A stretch of 64,000 nt of DNA from the human T2T-CHM13v2.0 reference genome, Homo sapiens, in NCBI RefSeq assembly GCF_009914755.1, contig NC_060939.1. One strand, written 5' to 3'. A model generated the notes under the pieces. That model worked only from the letters and a program-made list of their open reading frames with translations. It was not told the DNA's origin and did no database searches. Each line of letters opens with the position of its first letter. The stretch's first letter is position 1. The translations under genes and the position numbers were made by a program. This document shows, in pieces, positions 1 through 15,156 of the stretch.

Positions 1-2165
1 CCCTTATCAAACAAACAAGCACGCTTGATATTTTGCCAAAACTGATTAGATTATATCTGCACTTAACTTTGCGGTAAATGCAAAAACAAAATCTCTAACA
101 TTTATAAACAAAAGTTTCTTTCTTACTTCAGAGTTCAAGGCAGGAAACAACTTTCACTGACTCTTAGACATACTACAGCTTGAATGTTACGGGGACATAA
201 AATGTATTTATTATTGCTGTAGCTCAAAATTTCCATCCCACCACATTTGAACACTGATTTGGGGTTTACAAAAATAGCATCAGCAACATTGCCAAGGAGA
301 TCCTATAACCTTAACCCAAAGTAAATATGAAAGCAGAAAAGAAATGCAACCTTTTTAAAGTTCTCTCTATGCAAATATCATGCAGAAGTCACTGACTACT
401 GAACACTCCCACGCCTCTCCAATATCTGAACCACCCCGGAAAAATACCATGATGATCTCCTTGTTATTTTGATCTTTCACAGATTTCCTTTAATTCTTAT
501 TCACTCTTTGTGTTGGTGTCTGTATCTACAGCCATCATCTATAGGTGGTAAATTTATTAAAAGTCCAATACAGTCATCACCACAAAATCACAAAAGAAGC
601 TTTTTATAAAACCTCTGGGTCTATTTATATTCTGAGATCAAATTGTCACTCTATGCCTGAGCCATCCGTCAAAAGGAAACATATTAATAGTAGTGTGGCA
701 TGTGCTAAGACTTATGGGGCTACAAACTTCCTACCCTGCTATCCCCAAAACACGTATCTGCGTGAATTTATGTCCAACACTGCTGAGGGTCTGGACTAAA
801 AAGAACTTTGGAACACAAGGTTCTGGGAAGACATGGGAAGCCAAGATGGAAGAGAATGCTGTGTGTTTCCCAGATGGTGCCAGAAACTCAGTCTGATGCG
901 CTCTTTCACAAAAGCCATTATGAGACTCAGGTCCAAACTGTACTGCCTACAGGCTAAAGTGATGAAGTGAGACACACAGACAGAGGGATCTGCCCCACAC
1001 ACTTCACCACAGACTTCACAGCCACTCTGACTCCTCCAGGAACAACAGTGGAGAACTGCTGGGCCCAGTGGAGCCCAGATGAAGCAAAAGAAGGGACCAG
1101 CCATGACAGGTGGTCTTGTTGGGGCCATGGAAGGATCTCAAGAGCTATGAATGTTCATTTGACTTCATGTATTCCCATAACTGAGACCTAGGAATATCCA
1201 GGTGCCCTTTGTGTATGGAGTGTTGGATTGAACTTGCATTACTCACCTAAAATATGTGCATAAAATTTGCGAAGTTTAAATTTAAAATTTGAGCATCACT
1301 TCAAGAACACTTAGCACTAAGGTCCCTGAAATGCTCATTGATGATATGAAGCTGAATAAGAAAGCCTGTCCCTAGGGTTCCTTTCTCTAGGACAGACACA
1401 CCACCAACACTGGCATATCTCTTCTGTGTATTAGCAAAGAATTTTGTTAGCATATCTTCATACAGCTTCTAAGAGACCTAAGTTATTAACACTCATTTAG
1501 TCCCATTGTGTAAACACTGGGAGAATCTGGCTGTCTTTTAAAATGCATTCAGTATTCATAAAACCTAAAAAGTATGGCTTACCTTCACAAAATGATTGGT
1601 GTCCATAATTGTGAGTGTCAATATATGTCTAGAATTTAGCATTTACCTTGTGATACACAATGAAGAAAATACAACTAACTACTCTTGAGAAAATAACTCA
1701 AACTCTCTAGGTGGGGAATAGATTAGTCCATCAAGGATACAAGCGAGGAACACTTACTAACTATAAAAAAAAAAAAGTTGCAATATCAGAAGCCTTTTAG
1801 TAACACGGTAGCCTAAACAGAGGAGAACAATTCAGAACTCAATTGTTTCTTCTAGCTTCTGGCCAAAGCTCTGACAAGAAAAATACCATCTAAATACCAA
1901 AGAAAGTTTTATTGTATATGCTTTTTGGTTTTTGTTTTGCTATACAAGAAATTATTAAAATTTACACTTGTAAAATTAGTTATATAAATCTTTCCTCCCA
2001 CACCATCCTTGTCCCCTTAGCAGTTATTAAAGCAGGTGTGTTTTCCCTGAATTGGATAAAATACCATCAAGGTCCAAAATAAAAGAATTACTAGCAAACT
2101 TTGATAAATTCTAGAAATTGATACAAGAATAAAATTGTATCATCTCCTTAAACAAGACTATTGAG

Positions 2166-2474
<309 letters not shown>

Positions 2475-2510
2475 TTACCCAGTTAATTCAAAGCTTCTTC
2501 GTGTGGGGGA

Positions 2511-2543
2511 AAACAACAAAACAACAACAACAACAACAACAAA
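2511..2543 (+). repeat. (CAA)n microsatellite
   Basis: acaacaacaacaacaacaac run. Confidence 0.9.
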
Positions 2544-3235
2544 ACTCTTAGTATGAATGAATATTTTAGCATTTTGAAAGCAGGTCTTTGTGAGAAAATT
2601 CCATAAACAAAGAAAACTTTTAGATGTGTCAAATTCAACAATCTGCTTACGTTGGTGACATGAAACACACTAAGTCTTTCAGGAGGTCCAACTTTAAAAA
2701 TATTTTAAATGACCAATGACATGAAAGTATGAATTTGCTTCACCCTTTTCTTTTTGATATCAGTGATATATTAAGGAAAAGATAAAGTAACTCTTAACAA
2801 AGTAACATTTTATTTCCCATGATTAGGTCTGTTGACAAATATAACAGGTATAACCAAAGTTTTATTAAGCAGTTAAATTTCCAATCTTGGTAAAAGATAT
2901 CCAGAACCAGTCCACATTTGTATTTTAAATGTTCTTGTTTAACTCTTCTGCAGGAAAAAAAAAAAAGTGTTCCTCAGTCATTCATATGTGATACGAGATT
3001 CAGTGCATCTTGCAAAATATTATGTAAATATTTGAAAAAAACTGCTCTTTTCAATTGCAAGAAGGCAAACTGTAAAACGCATATTGTGTGGCAGCATAGA
3101 TTTACTGTTTCAAATTGGATGATGCAGGCAAAAGTACTTTGTAAGTGGTAAATAAAGTTCTGCATATTTGCAAGTTATTCAAACTGCTTGTGAAGCTTCC
3201 TACATGAAGTTGATGGTGGTGGTGATAATGAATAA

Positions 3236-3425
3236 CAATAGCTATTATTTACTGAGTGAGTGTGCCAGCCACCATTCTAAGCACTTAACATATATTTGCT
3301 TATTTATTACTCAGAAGAATTGGTGGAAGTTTGGTTGAAGTAGATACTCTTATTATTTCCACTTGACAGATAAACACTGACAGTACAAAGAAGTTAAGTA
3401 AATTGCCTTAGGTCATACAGCTCAT
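3236..3425 (-). mobile_element. MIR
   Basis: Reverse complement of MIR 3' and core motifs (tgtgccag...ctaagcactt; gttaagtaaattgccttaggtcatacagct). Confidence 0.8.
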
Positions 3426-3737
3426 CACCTTATGACTATTAAAGTAGTTCTTCATGACTTCACGCAACTGTAGTCACAAATGAAACTGCTGGCACAGAAT
3501 TTATGAATTACTGTCTAGTTAGAATATATGATCCAGGTAACCCAACCTATGGCCACATTTCTTTTTGGTTATTAAAGTAAAAGCACACATGCGAACTTAT
3601 TTAGATACCCAAAGATATGGCAGGCATCTTTGAACTAACGCACAGACTTGTTCTCTTTGTTTGAAATTGATTCAAATGAGTCATATGATCTGTACAAATG
3701 CTCTTCCTGTTCTAGAGTAAGACATGCTAAATGTTTA

Positions 3738-4520
<783 letters not shown>

Positions 4521-5539
4521 AGTAGGAGGAGGAGAAAGTGGGGGGAAGGGAAGAGAACATAGAGAAGATGATGGTGATAAATGGACATGTGACATAAGAG
4601 TAGCCTCTCGTAGCCCAGAGGTGTCTTGCTGATTTTTATCTTTAATGTTATCTCAAAAATTTAGCTTCCAAAAAACAAATAGACCATTCCATCTCCTCTT
4701 TAGGTTATGTTGTTTATTTGTGCCTTATTTATTTTATTTAAAAGAAAATAATACAGAGTAGCTTTGAACAAGGCAAGGCTTATATGGATGATGCCATTTA
4801 GGAGCGAGATAGTTTCTTTCTCTGCTTCATTGTACTTGGTGATAATTATAATCGGTGCCCATGGTGACTCTTTATTGTGTCATTCCAATAAATTCACATT
4901 CATATTTAAAATCATAAATTAATAAGGGTTACTACAAAGTGTTCCTTATTACGCATTTATAATTTCTCAGACACAAGGAAAATAATGGGAGTTTCCCTGT
5001 GGTCATTTGTCACATAATAATATCCTTCCGCCTTGCTGCATACAAAGGTCCCATTGATTGGAAGAGCAGCTACACTTGTGCGCAGGGCCAAAGGATTGGG
5101 GAAATTCTCAACTGGTTTAACAAGAATGAGCACCACACATTCTGAAAGGTCTGCAGTGACCAAGTCACCAAAACTGGGTCTGCAATGAGAATTGGGAAAA
5201 ATTAGAGAAGTGCCTTTAGGCAACTAGAAACTGAGAGACCGAGAGTTCAGATAAGAGCAAATGAGTATCTTGGGCCATGCCTTATATTTCTCCTGAAATT
5301 TCTTCCCACTCTCAACAGAGAGAGAGAGAGCCAAGGGAGAGAGCTATTCCATAGCCACGTGGGTGCCGGTCCTCACACCCAGACCCTGAAGCCCCCGTAG
5401 CATTACTGAGAATTATATTCTCCCCCTTCCCTTGACTTTTTTGTTGAACTTTTCTTTTTCTTTTAGACCCAGGACAGAACATTGAGTAAGTCATACTCCT
5501 CAACTCATAGCACGCTATCGTTACAAGTTTGTGCCAAGC

Positions 5540-6000
5540 CCTTCACTCATGTGTTCATTAACTTTTATCTCCTTTTCCCCTTCCATTTTCCTCCCACAAC
5601 CCATAAACAATAGCAGTATTGTGTTCGATGACATCCTTGAGTTTGTATGCATTCTCATAAGACACCCCAAATTTCCTTGTTCTGTCTGTATATGTACCTT
5701 ATATACACATACGTTTGTGTATAAGCATATATATACATACATGTTTACATATATACACATATGTATGTTTATACATAAATGGTGCCCACAGATGTTTTTG
5801 TGGTTTTCCTCCCTCTTAGTCAGTTTTTAAGATTTAATCTGCACTGCTTCAAACTGCTGCATAGCATTGTATGATGAGCCTCCCTGACATCTCATTACCC
5901 ATCTCCCCAGCGAAAAACACCTCAGTCACCCCATCCTCACCACCACACCCAATGCTGGGATGGGTTCCACTCCCAGGAGCAGGACAGCTGGGTCATGGGG
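5540..6000 (-). mobile_element. Degraded L1ME-type 3' end with internal TA/CA low-complexity tract
   Basis: Antisense L1M 3' UTR-like motifs (actgctgcatagcattgtatg; gctgggtcatggg). Confidence 0.5.
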
Positions 6001-6084
6001 CTCATGGATCAGTCTCCATGTGACTTCCCTGCGTTGACTATGAAGCACCCACCATGATGACGGTATCAGGTTCATAGCATGTGA

Positions 6085-6205
6085 ATGGAAGAATCTGGGG
6101 CTCAAAGAGGTTAAGTGATCTGCCTAACTTCACATCGCTAGTTAAATGCTGGCGTCTGGATTTAAAGCCAAGTTTCTCTGACTCCCAGGTTCACATCCTT
6201 CCACC
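6085..6205 (-). mobile_element. MIR fragment
   Basis: ggctcaaagaggttaagtgatctgcc...ctggatttaaagccaag...ctgactcc. Confidence 0.8.
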
Positions 6206-6218
6206 GTAGACTGCCCTC

Positions 6219-6547
6219 TGAGACAGCCACGTATAAAGGGGTCCTGGAGAACCTCTGACTGGCCTGCACACTGGGAGGAGTGTGGAGTCTCGGGAAGCTC
6301 ATGCCATTTGCAGGAGGGAGGAGCCTGGCTCCTTCTCTTCCTGGGTGGTACCTGGGATTCAGCCTGTGAGGTGGGAAGCCAGTACTAGCAGGACTCTCAC
6401 TATGCTGAGAATCTGCTTCCCCTTTTATTCCCTTTTGCCCAATAAATTCCGTTTTTCTAACCCTTCAAAGTGTCTGCAAGCCTAATATTTCGTGGTTGTG
6501 TGACAAGACCCCTATTTTAGCTGAACTAAGGAGAAAGGCCTACAACA
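6219..6547 (+). mobile_element. ERV1 solo LTR, MER61-like
   Basis: Starts TGAGACAGCC, ends AGCTGAACTAAGGAGAAAGGCCTACAACA; internal AATAAA; near-matching 4-bp TSD CCTC/CTTC. Confidence 0.85.
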
Positions 6548-7422
6548 CTTCCATAGAGAGCTTATGTTTCAATATCCTAGGCTATAGGTAGCAAAGATTT
6601 GGTTAGCAATCTTTCTTGTAAGAAGGCCAGAAAAAGTATTCCTTCCCTTCATCAGGCATCCAATCCCCCCAGTGCCTTCAGGCCTGCTGGGAGTGGAGAA
6701 CAGGGCCTGCCACAAGGTCATTGTATAATCAGAGGTGAGGGAGAGCCCCACTGGCTAGGGGCCAGGCAAACGTAGGCCTCCTCGCACCCCTGATGCAAGC
6801 AGATTAACAGCTGCCATCTGGCAAGCACAGTTTCTCCATGCAAACTGCAAACCTCACCCCCCGGGTGAATCACTGGTGTGTCCAATACCAGTCAAGCCCG
6901 ATGAAACTCTGATGGCTCTATTAATGAAGATGAAAACTTGAGATACGCCAAATACAGATTAAATGGCATCTTGGTAACATGATTATCTCTGAATTACTAG
7001 CAGCAGAGAGACAGCCAAATGACTAATCTTGGGGAAGGCCGAGTGCTTTGGACAGAGGATTCGCTACTTCAGCCCCAGGGCATCATTTGCTGTATCAGAG
7101 TCGTATTTTACCACAGGGAACACCCAAGAGTGGTGGCTTCCTCTGCAGTAGAAAGTCACTCTGTTTCCAGAGAAGATTTACTTTCTTCAAGTTCTGAGAT
7201 GCCAAATGCAGAATGGTCTGAAACAAGATGACGAGGGAGTATGTCAGGAAAAAATGAGGAGGAATCACAGGAATCTGGCAGATGTTCCTGTCGATAGCAT
7301 TGTTGAAATTAACAGAAATGAAAGGATAGAAATGATTGAGAGGGAAGCCTAAAAGCCACAAGCCAAGTCATTTTCTCCTGCTTTCTTTCCACTTCCGTCT
7401 TTAGCTCTCTAGTATTTAGTAA

Positions 7423-8345
<923 letters not shown>

Positions 8346-8365
8346 GTTAAGAAATTTTCATCTTC

Positions 8366-8658
8366 TTTTTTTTTTTTTGATATGGAAATCCAGCTCTGTC
8401 ATCCAGCCGGGAGTGAAGTGGCATGATCTCGGCTCACCGCAACCTCTCCCCCCTGGGTTCAAGCAATTCTCTGCCTCAGCCTCCTGAGTAGCTGAGATTA
8501 CAGGTGCCTGCCACCATGCCCAGCTAATTTTTATATTTTTAGTAGAGATGGGGTTTTACCATCTTGGCCAGGCTGGTCTTGAACTCCTGACCTCGTGATC
8601 CATCCACCTAGGCCTCCCAAAGTGCTGGGATTACAGGTGTGAGCCACCGTGCCCAGCC
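8366..8658 (-). mobile_element. Alu (AluS)
   Basis: Full antisense Alu; TSD CATCTTCTTT. Confidence 0.96.
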
Positions 8659-8747
8659 CATCTTCTTTAAAACAGATGATCCGGACTTGTCAAGTGATGA
8701 TGATACTAGAGGAGTGGGATTGATAGTAAATATCTGTAGATAATTTG

Positions 8748-9049
8748 GGATGGGTACAGTGGCTCATACCTGTAATCCCAGCACTTTGGGAGGCCAAGGC
8801 AGAAGGATGCTTGAGTCCAGAAGTTCAAGACAAGCCTGGGCAACATACTGACATTCCGTCTCTACAAAAGATAATTTTTTTAATTAGTCAAGTGTGGTGG
8901 CATGCACCTGTAGTCCCAGCTACTCAGGAGGTTGAGGTGTGAGGAGCTCTCGAGCCTGGGAGTATAAGACTGCAGTGAGCTACTATCACATAGTTGCACG
9001 CCAGCCTGGGTGACAGGGTGAAACCCTATCCAAATAATAATAATAATAA
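8748..9049 (+). mobile_element. Alu (AluJ) with (AAT)n tail
   Basis: Diverged full Alu; TSD ATAATTTG. Confidence 0.95.
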
Positions 9050-10539
9050 TTTGACAAATAAAGTCTCTTTTAATGTAGCTGGAATTGTGTAAGAAAGTCT
9101 TTCCTCAGCAAATAAGAAATGGACTATGAAATCTCCCAGAATCTTTTTTAGCCCCTAATTAGCTATAAATCTCCTTACAGTTTAGCCATGGGAGGCCCAA
9201 GACATGAATTGGTGGCATGGCACATGGTCTAATGTGCATATTGTATAAAGTTATCTAAATACATCTTGAGAGAGTCCACGCTTTCTCCATTCTTTTGAAG
9301 TACATTTCCATGGGTAGCAGACAGATGAACAAAATGCTGGTTCTAGGACCTCAGATATACTGTACCTGTTTCAATCAGATGCATAACTGTGGTAGGGCTG
9401 TTATTGTTTACTTTTCATACTATCACTAGCAACTTTAATTTTTGGTTAAGTTCTCGAAATCTCTTTCTGGAAAAGCAAATGATATCACATTCTCCATTCT
9501 CCTGGTTAACAGTGTCATTATCACACTGCAGATTCTCAAACAAACAGCTAAGTTCCACTGTCATTCCGAATCCTTTCTCTTTCTTTTGTAATGCATTCAC
9601 AAACATATTCAGTCTTCTGCCTTCTCAATGGAGAAAATGTTATAGAAACTACTATAAGCGGTGCATAATTGTAAATGGCTTTAAAAAGCCATATGGAAGG
9701 ATGAATAATCTTCCTTTTTGTTTCCATCTTTCCTTAATATTCTTTTGCTTTGTGTTTTGCAATACCTTTTGCACCCAGCTTTGGTCAAAATTGTTGTTGG
9801 CCATTTGCCAGTTTGAAATGTCCTACAAAATGAATTGCTTCTTTTGTAAATAAGAAAAATCTTGGTAACTTTGGAAAATATTGCTTGGAAATACCACACT
9901 GGAGTTATAGCTAGCTGTGAGCACTTTCTGTGGGGGCAAAGGAGTGCAGTGAGTTTATTGTCTGTTCAGCATGTATAAATCATGATCCAGGTAGTATTTT
10001 GTGCTTGCCTTCATATCTTCTAGCAGCTGTAGGTTGGGGCATCGCAAATATTCTTTCAAGAAAACACCACGTATTTCCTTTCTCAGGATGGCCTTTCATT
10101 TTGGGTTAAATTTTCAAATAACACAAGTACCAGATGGAATTTGGGACAAATTTTTAACCACTGATTTATTGGCTGAGGCTTAATGAGGACACCATGATAT
10201 TCAAATGAATAAGTTCACCCACTTTTATTGGCTTCCTTTTCTTAATTTTTACATTAAGAAGTTAATTTAGTCCTCTTACAAGTTAAATGCCAACCTCTTC
10301 TAAAATTATTCTAACAAGGTAACTTCTGATTTGGCCACTTTTTATCTTTTCTCTTTCTCCTATCATCCTGTGCTTTTCAGGGTGAAATATCTGTAAATGA
10401 CACATCAAGGACAGATAACAGAGTTGCCAGTTCATTCTCAAACCAAAGCAGTCATCAAAATTAACCCAATAATGCACTGCAGGGCACTTAGGGTATATTA
10501 TCATATGGAAAATAATGTCTGTAATTTTTAGGGACTTAG

Positions 10540-10884
<345 letters not shown>

Positions 10885-11945
10885 TAAAGTTCACATTTTA
10901 AAAGAGAAATAGTTCTCTATTTTTGCCCATCGAAAGAAATTCTATACATATATACACTATGAATCACTATGTAGGATTATTAAAGCAACTTTCAATAGTT
11001 TTCTTCCCAATATATGATTCTTCTTGAATCGTATATCTTAACACAATATTCAAAATTATGAGAATAAAATTTTGAAACTTTACTGAAATGATGGACTACT
11101 TAAGGCAAGATTAGATTAGTGGTCACTTAAAACTGTATCTCTGCACTTTCATTCATGATGTAGATTATTTTTTATTTTGTCCTCTGAGAATTAGCTGAAA
11201 TAAGATGTACTAGACCAAGATACCCGGACAGGAAATTGCCACGAGGTATGAACAAAAGACATCCAAGCTCTCCATTCTAATGAAAACACAATCAGCCATA
11301 TCTTCACTTAGAAGAAAAGACAAAACATGCAAACAACTCAGATATTTTGAAAATTGTCATTAAAACTCAGCTTATGCATAACTCATAGTGAGGGGCATCT
11401 AACTAATCAATGAATGAGTGGTACAAAGCATCAAACCTTGATAATTTTCAGTCCCTCTCCCACAGACTTTTAATACCATCTTAAGAAAAAATCCATTTAA
11501 ATGTTTACCTAAATTCAGAAAAAAAATCTTACGTAGATATAACATCTTGAATCTCCTTAGACACATTGAAGAGACTACTAATAAAAGCTACTCAGAATCA
11601 CTACATGAAATAATGCAGGTGCTCTATGACACACTGGGTCACGTCATAGCCACATACTAAACAAAAATACAGTTAGTAGAGTCCGTTGGATACAAGACAT
11701 GGTACTTCTTCATTTTTCCACATGGTATCTCAAACGGTGTTCCCTCTGAAAGCCAAGTTTTATCTTGGGAAAGACTTCATTTTAAAGACCAAAGCCCAAC
11801 ATTACAGAATCTTAGAATTCAACAAAAATACAGAGAACATAGTTTTAGTGCAAATTTTAATTGAGACCAACCTTTGCTGATGTCACTACAAGCAAATACA
11901 CTACCTTAAAAAATATTAAAATACACAACTCTCAGACTTTATTTC

Positions 11946-11979
11946 TGTGTGTGTGTGTGTGTGTGCATGTGTGTGTGTA
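11946..11979 (+). repeat. (TG)n microsatellite
   Basis: Direct reading. Confidence 0.9.
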
Positions 11980-13509
11980 TATTAATGCAAGTCTTTTCTA
12001 CAAAGAAACTTGGCCATAGAACTCCTTCTCCTTTGGGAGTGTTGTATTTTTGTTTTCATATGTGGCACTGTATGTATTTCTATAGTTGTGAACAACTACA
12101 TTTGATTAAAATCTGTCAGATTTATCTTTTTAGCAGGAGAAAAGAAATATGTGTTTCTCCAGAAAGGAAATCAATGTGTCTTCATGATAGATGCGGAGTG
12201 GAAAGCTGGAGACTGTCGCTTCAAGTGATGAAGCAGAAAGACAGGGTAGCTATCACAATTGGCTGCCGACATAATTGTCGTGAGCCAAAGCCCTGTTTAA
12301 ATATCATAATCCTTGTTTATAGGGTAGACTTAGATTCATTGACTTAGTAGTTATTACTCCGACTTGTTAAGTAACAAAATCTTGCATCTGAGGTATCCGT
12401 AGTTTGCTCTGTTTAAATTTCTTTAGCAACATACTTTAGCCAGAGCTGTGCTCTGTTCTTTTCTGTAGTACAAGAAAGATTATTTCCTTCCTTCTAGGAA
12501 GGCACCAGGCTTTCAAGGCCCTGTAAATGTACCAAAGAATCTCCCTTCTCAAGGCAAACAGGAGAAACCCAGGCTATGCCAGAGATAGATGTAGCAGGAA
12601 ACATACTCAAGGAAGGATGGGAGGCTGCTTCATGACAAAAATATGTCCAAAGGTCTTCTCCCTTCTGTTGGAAATCACTCTCCTCCCTAAGATCCCCAAG
12701 GTCTTCAGATAGAGCTATGCCAGATGGAAAAGAAAGCCTCTGCCCTTGCATTGTGAGATTAAGAGATTCCCCATTCAGAGATGGTACAACCAGCAGACAC
12801 CCTATTAAGATAGCCTAGGAAAATTAGGTGAGCTCTGATGTCTTTGCAGCAGACGTATGTATGCCTCTATGATTACAGCCAGCAAAACCATTCTAATGAA
12901 CTTGTAAAGCAACGGGAACATCTATGAACTCGCACATCAGTTGAAATTGCTATATCTTGTGTCTTATGAACAAAATCTGTCAGCAAAGTATTTAACGTGT
13001 TTATCTGCAACCAATTGCAATAATCACATTCGATGCATAAGCCCCTTTTTTACCTAACTTCTTCTAAAATGATATGTTGATTTCTGGTCCTCAATGAATG
13101 TTTCTGGAAGGCATTCTGTTAAAATGAGTGTGTGCTCAGCATATTAACCCAGACCTGATTAAATCGTTAAATGAAAGGACACTGTATGCAAAGCACCCTA
13201 GTCAAGGGTTTGGAACATGATAGGCACTTATCACAGGCCCATGGCTTAGTCATCACTCTTCTCTTCAACTTGCATCCTAAAAATTAAATCAATAAGCACA
13301 AATAACTAATGCATTTGCCTAAAGCTAAATAACTCTTTTCCACTAATGTCCACTCTCTACCCTTACCCCACTCCTGCAATCAACAAGTTATTCAGAAATC
13401 AGGATTTAAGGATTCATTGACCACCATCACATCCATTACAACTAATTGGAAGCCTTTATATAATTTACTAAAGAATTGTAATAACTGAGACACATTGTTG
13501 AGTTCTGGT

Positions 13510-13567
13510 AATAGACTCTATCTATTGTCATAGATAGACAATAGATAGAGTCTATTGTCATAGATAG
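13510..13567. repeat. Perfect 20-bp inverted repeat with overlapping 17-bp direct repeat
   Basis: AATAGACTCTATCTATTGTC (13510-13529), 7-nt spacer, GACAATAGATAGAGTCTATT (13537-13556). Confidence 0.95.
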
Positions 13568-14608
13568 TGGTGTCATAACTTTTTGATACACTGATGGAAT
13601 TTAATTTGCTAAAATCTCTTCATAATTCTTTATTGAAATTGGTCTTCAAATTCTGTACTGTCTTTCCAAGTTATCTTCACAAAACAATTTGAATGTCATT
13701 CCTTGTTGTGGTCAAATAAAGTTTATATAATACTGCAAATGATTTTTTTAAAAGACTATAATGTCATCTGTAAAACCATCTGGGTCTGGTGCCTTTTTTA
13801 ATGCAAGGTATTTCACTTTCCAGACTCTTCTACTAATAATTGATTTATTTGTATTTCCTATCTCTTCATGCTATAACTGATTTCCAGAGTCTATATTTTT
13901 ACTTAAAAAAAATCCCTTTACTCTAGGCTTCCAAATTTATTCCTGTGGAGTTGTACATAATATCCACCAGTAAATTTTCTTATCTTCTTCATATCTGTGG
14001 TTGTAGTTCCTTTATAATAGTATATTCATTTCATTTTCTCCCTCTTTCTCTCTCCCTCTCTCTCTTCAGTCATAATAGACAGAATTGTATCCAGTTCATC
14101 AATATTTTTAAAGAGCCTAATTTTGATTTTACTTATCCGTTTTTATGTTTGTCTTCTATTTTGTTAGTTTTAGCTTTTATCTTTATTAATTCCCTCCTTC
14201 CTCATTCATATTTTATTGTTACTTTAGAATTTAAGTTCAGTATTTTAAAATTTATTTTCAATCTTTTTTTAACAAAAAACACAATTTAAGGGTATAATTT
14301 TTGCCTCAGTACAAAGTTGTTTGAATGTCTTATATAGTAGGAAATACTTTTATCACTCTAATTCATAACTTTAATTTGGTTATCTTCTTTGATCCAAGGA
14401 TTATTTAAAAGAGTGTTTTTAATTTTAAGAACTTTTTGTAACTTTTTATGCTCATGTCTAGTTTTACTGCATTATGATCAGAAATGTAGCCTATAAAACC
14501 TCTACTTTTTAAATTTCATTTAGTTTTTTTGTGTGGTCAGTTACCTATTAACTTTTACAAATGCTTTATGGACACAGATAAAGATAAAAATTCCTGTAGA
14601 GTACCTTG

Positions 14609-14610
<2 letters not shown>

Positions 14611-14648
<38 letters not shown>

Positions 14649-14680
14649 TTGCATAGATCTGTGTGTGTGTGTTTGTGTGT
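14611..14680. repeat. (CA)n followed by (TG)n
   Basis: About 18 CA units, 12-nt spacer, then a GT tract. Confidence 0.92.
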
Positions 14681-14734
14681 TCCATGTTATTGACTATCTT
14701 ATTGAAATCCACTATATCTTTGTTTACTGTTTGG

Positions 14735-15035
14735 TTTTTTTTTTTTTTTTTTTGAGAGGGGGTCTTACTCTGTCACCCAGGCTGGAATGCAGTGGCATGA
14801 TCTCGGCTCACTGCAACCTCCACGCCTCCCGAGTTCAAGCAATTCTCCTGCCTCAGCCTCCCGAGTAGCTGGGACTACGGGTGCCTGCAACCACACCCGG
14901 CTAATTTTTGTATTTTTAGTAGAGATGGAGTTTCACCATATTGGCCAGGCTGGTCTCAAACTCCTGACCCATTGATCCTCCTGCCTTGGGCTCCCAAAGT
15001 GCTGGGATTACAGGTATGAGCCACCACACCTGGCC
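14735..15035 (-). mobile_element. Alu (AluS)
   Basis: Full antisense Alu inside L1. Confidence 0.96.
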
Positions 15036-15099
15036 TGTTGTTTTCTTAATCTACCAGATACTGAAAATGCTTTATTAAATATACCACCTACAATTGTAT

Positions 15100-15156
15100 T
15101 CTTTTTTTTTTTTTTTGAGACAGAGTCTCACTCTGTTGTCCAGGCTGGAGTGCAGT
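15100..15156 (-). mobile_element. Alu 3' fragment (~40 bp plus tail)
   Basis: polyT-gagacagagtctcactctgttgtccaggctggagtgcagt then abrupt end. Confidence 0.9.

Noticed and set aside
6805-6825. CTCF-like or twin E-box sequence (CAGCTGCCATCTGG)
   Set aside because: Only a partial CTCF match; cannot be told from chance without ChIP data
9300-10500. Unique stretch with several ORFs (154 aa plus strand; 63-73 aa minus strand) that looked like a decayed coding sequence
   Set aside because: Multiple stops in the minus-strand frames I read and no recognisable protein family or clean exon structure; TBLASTX would be needed to exclude an old pseudogene or transposase
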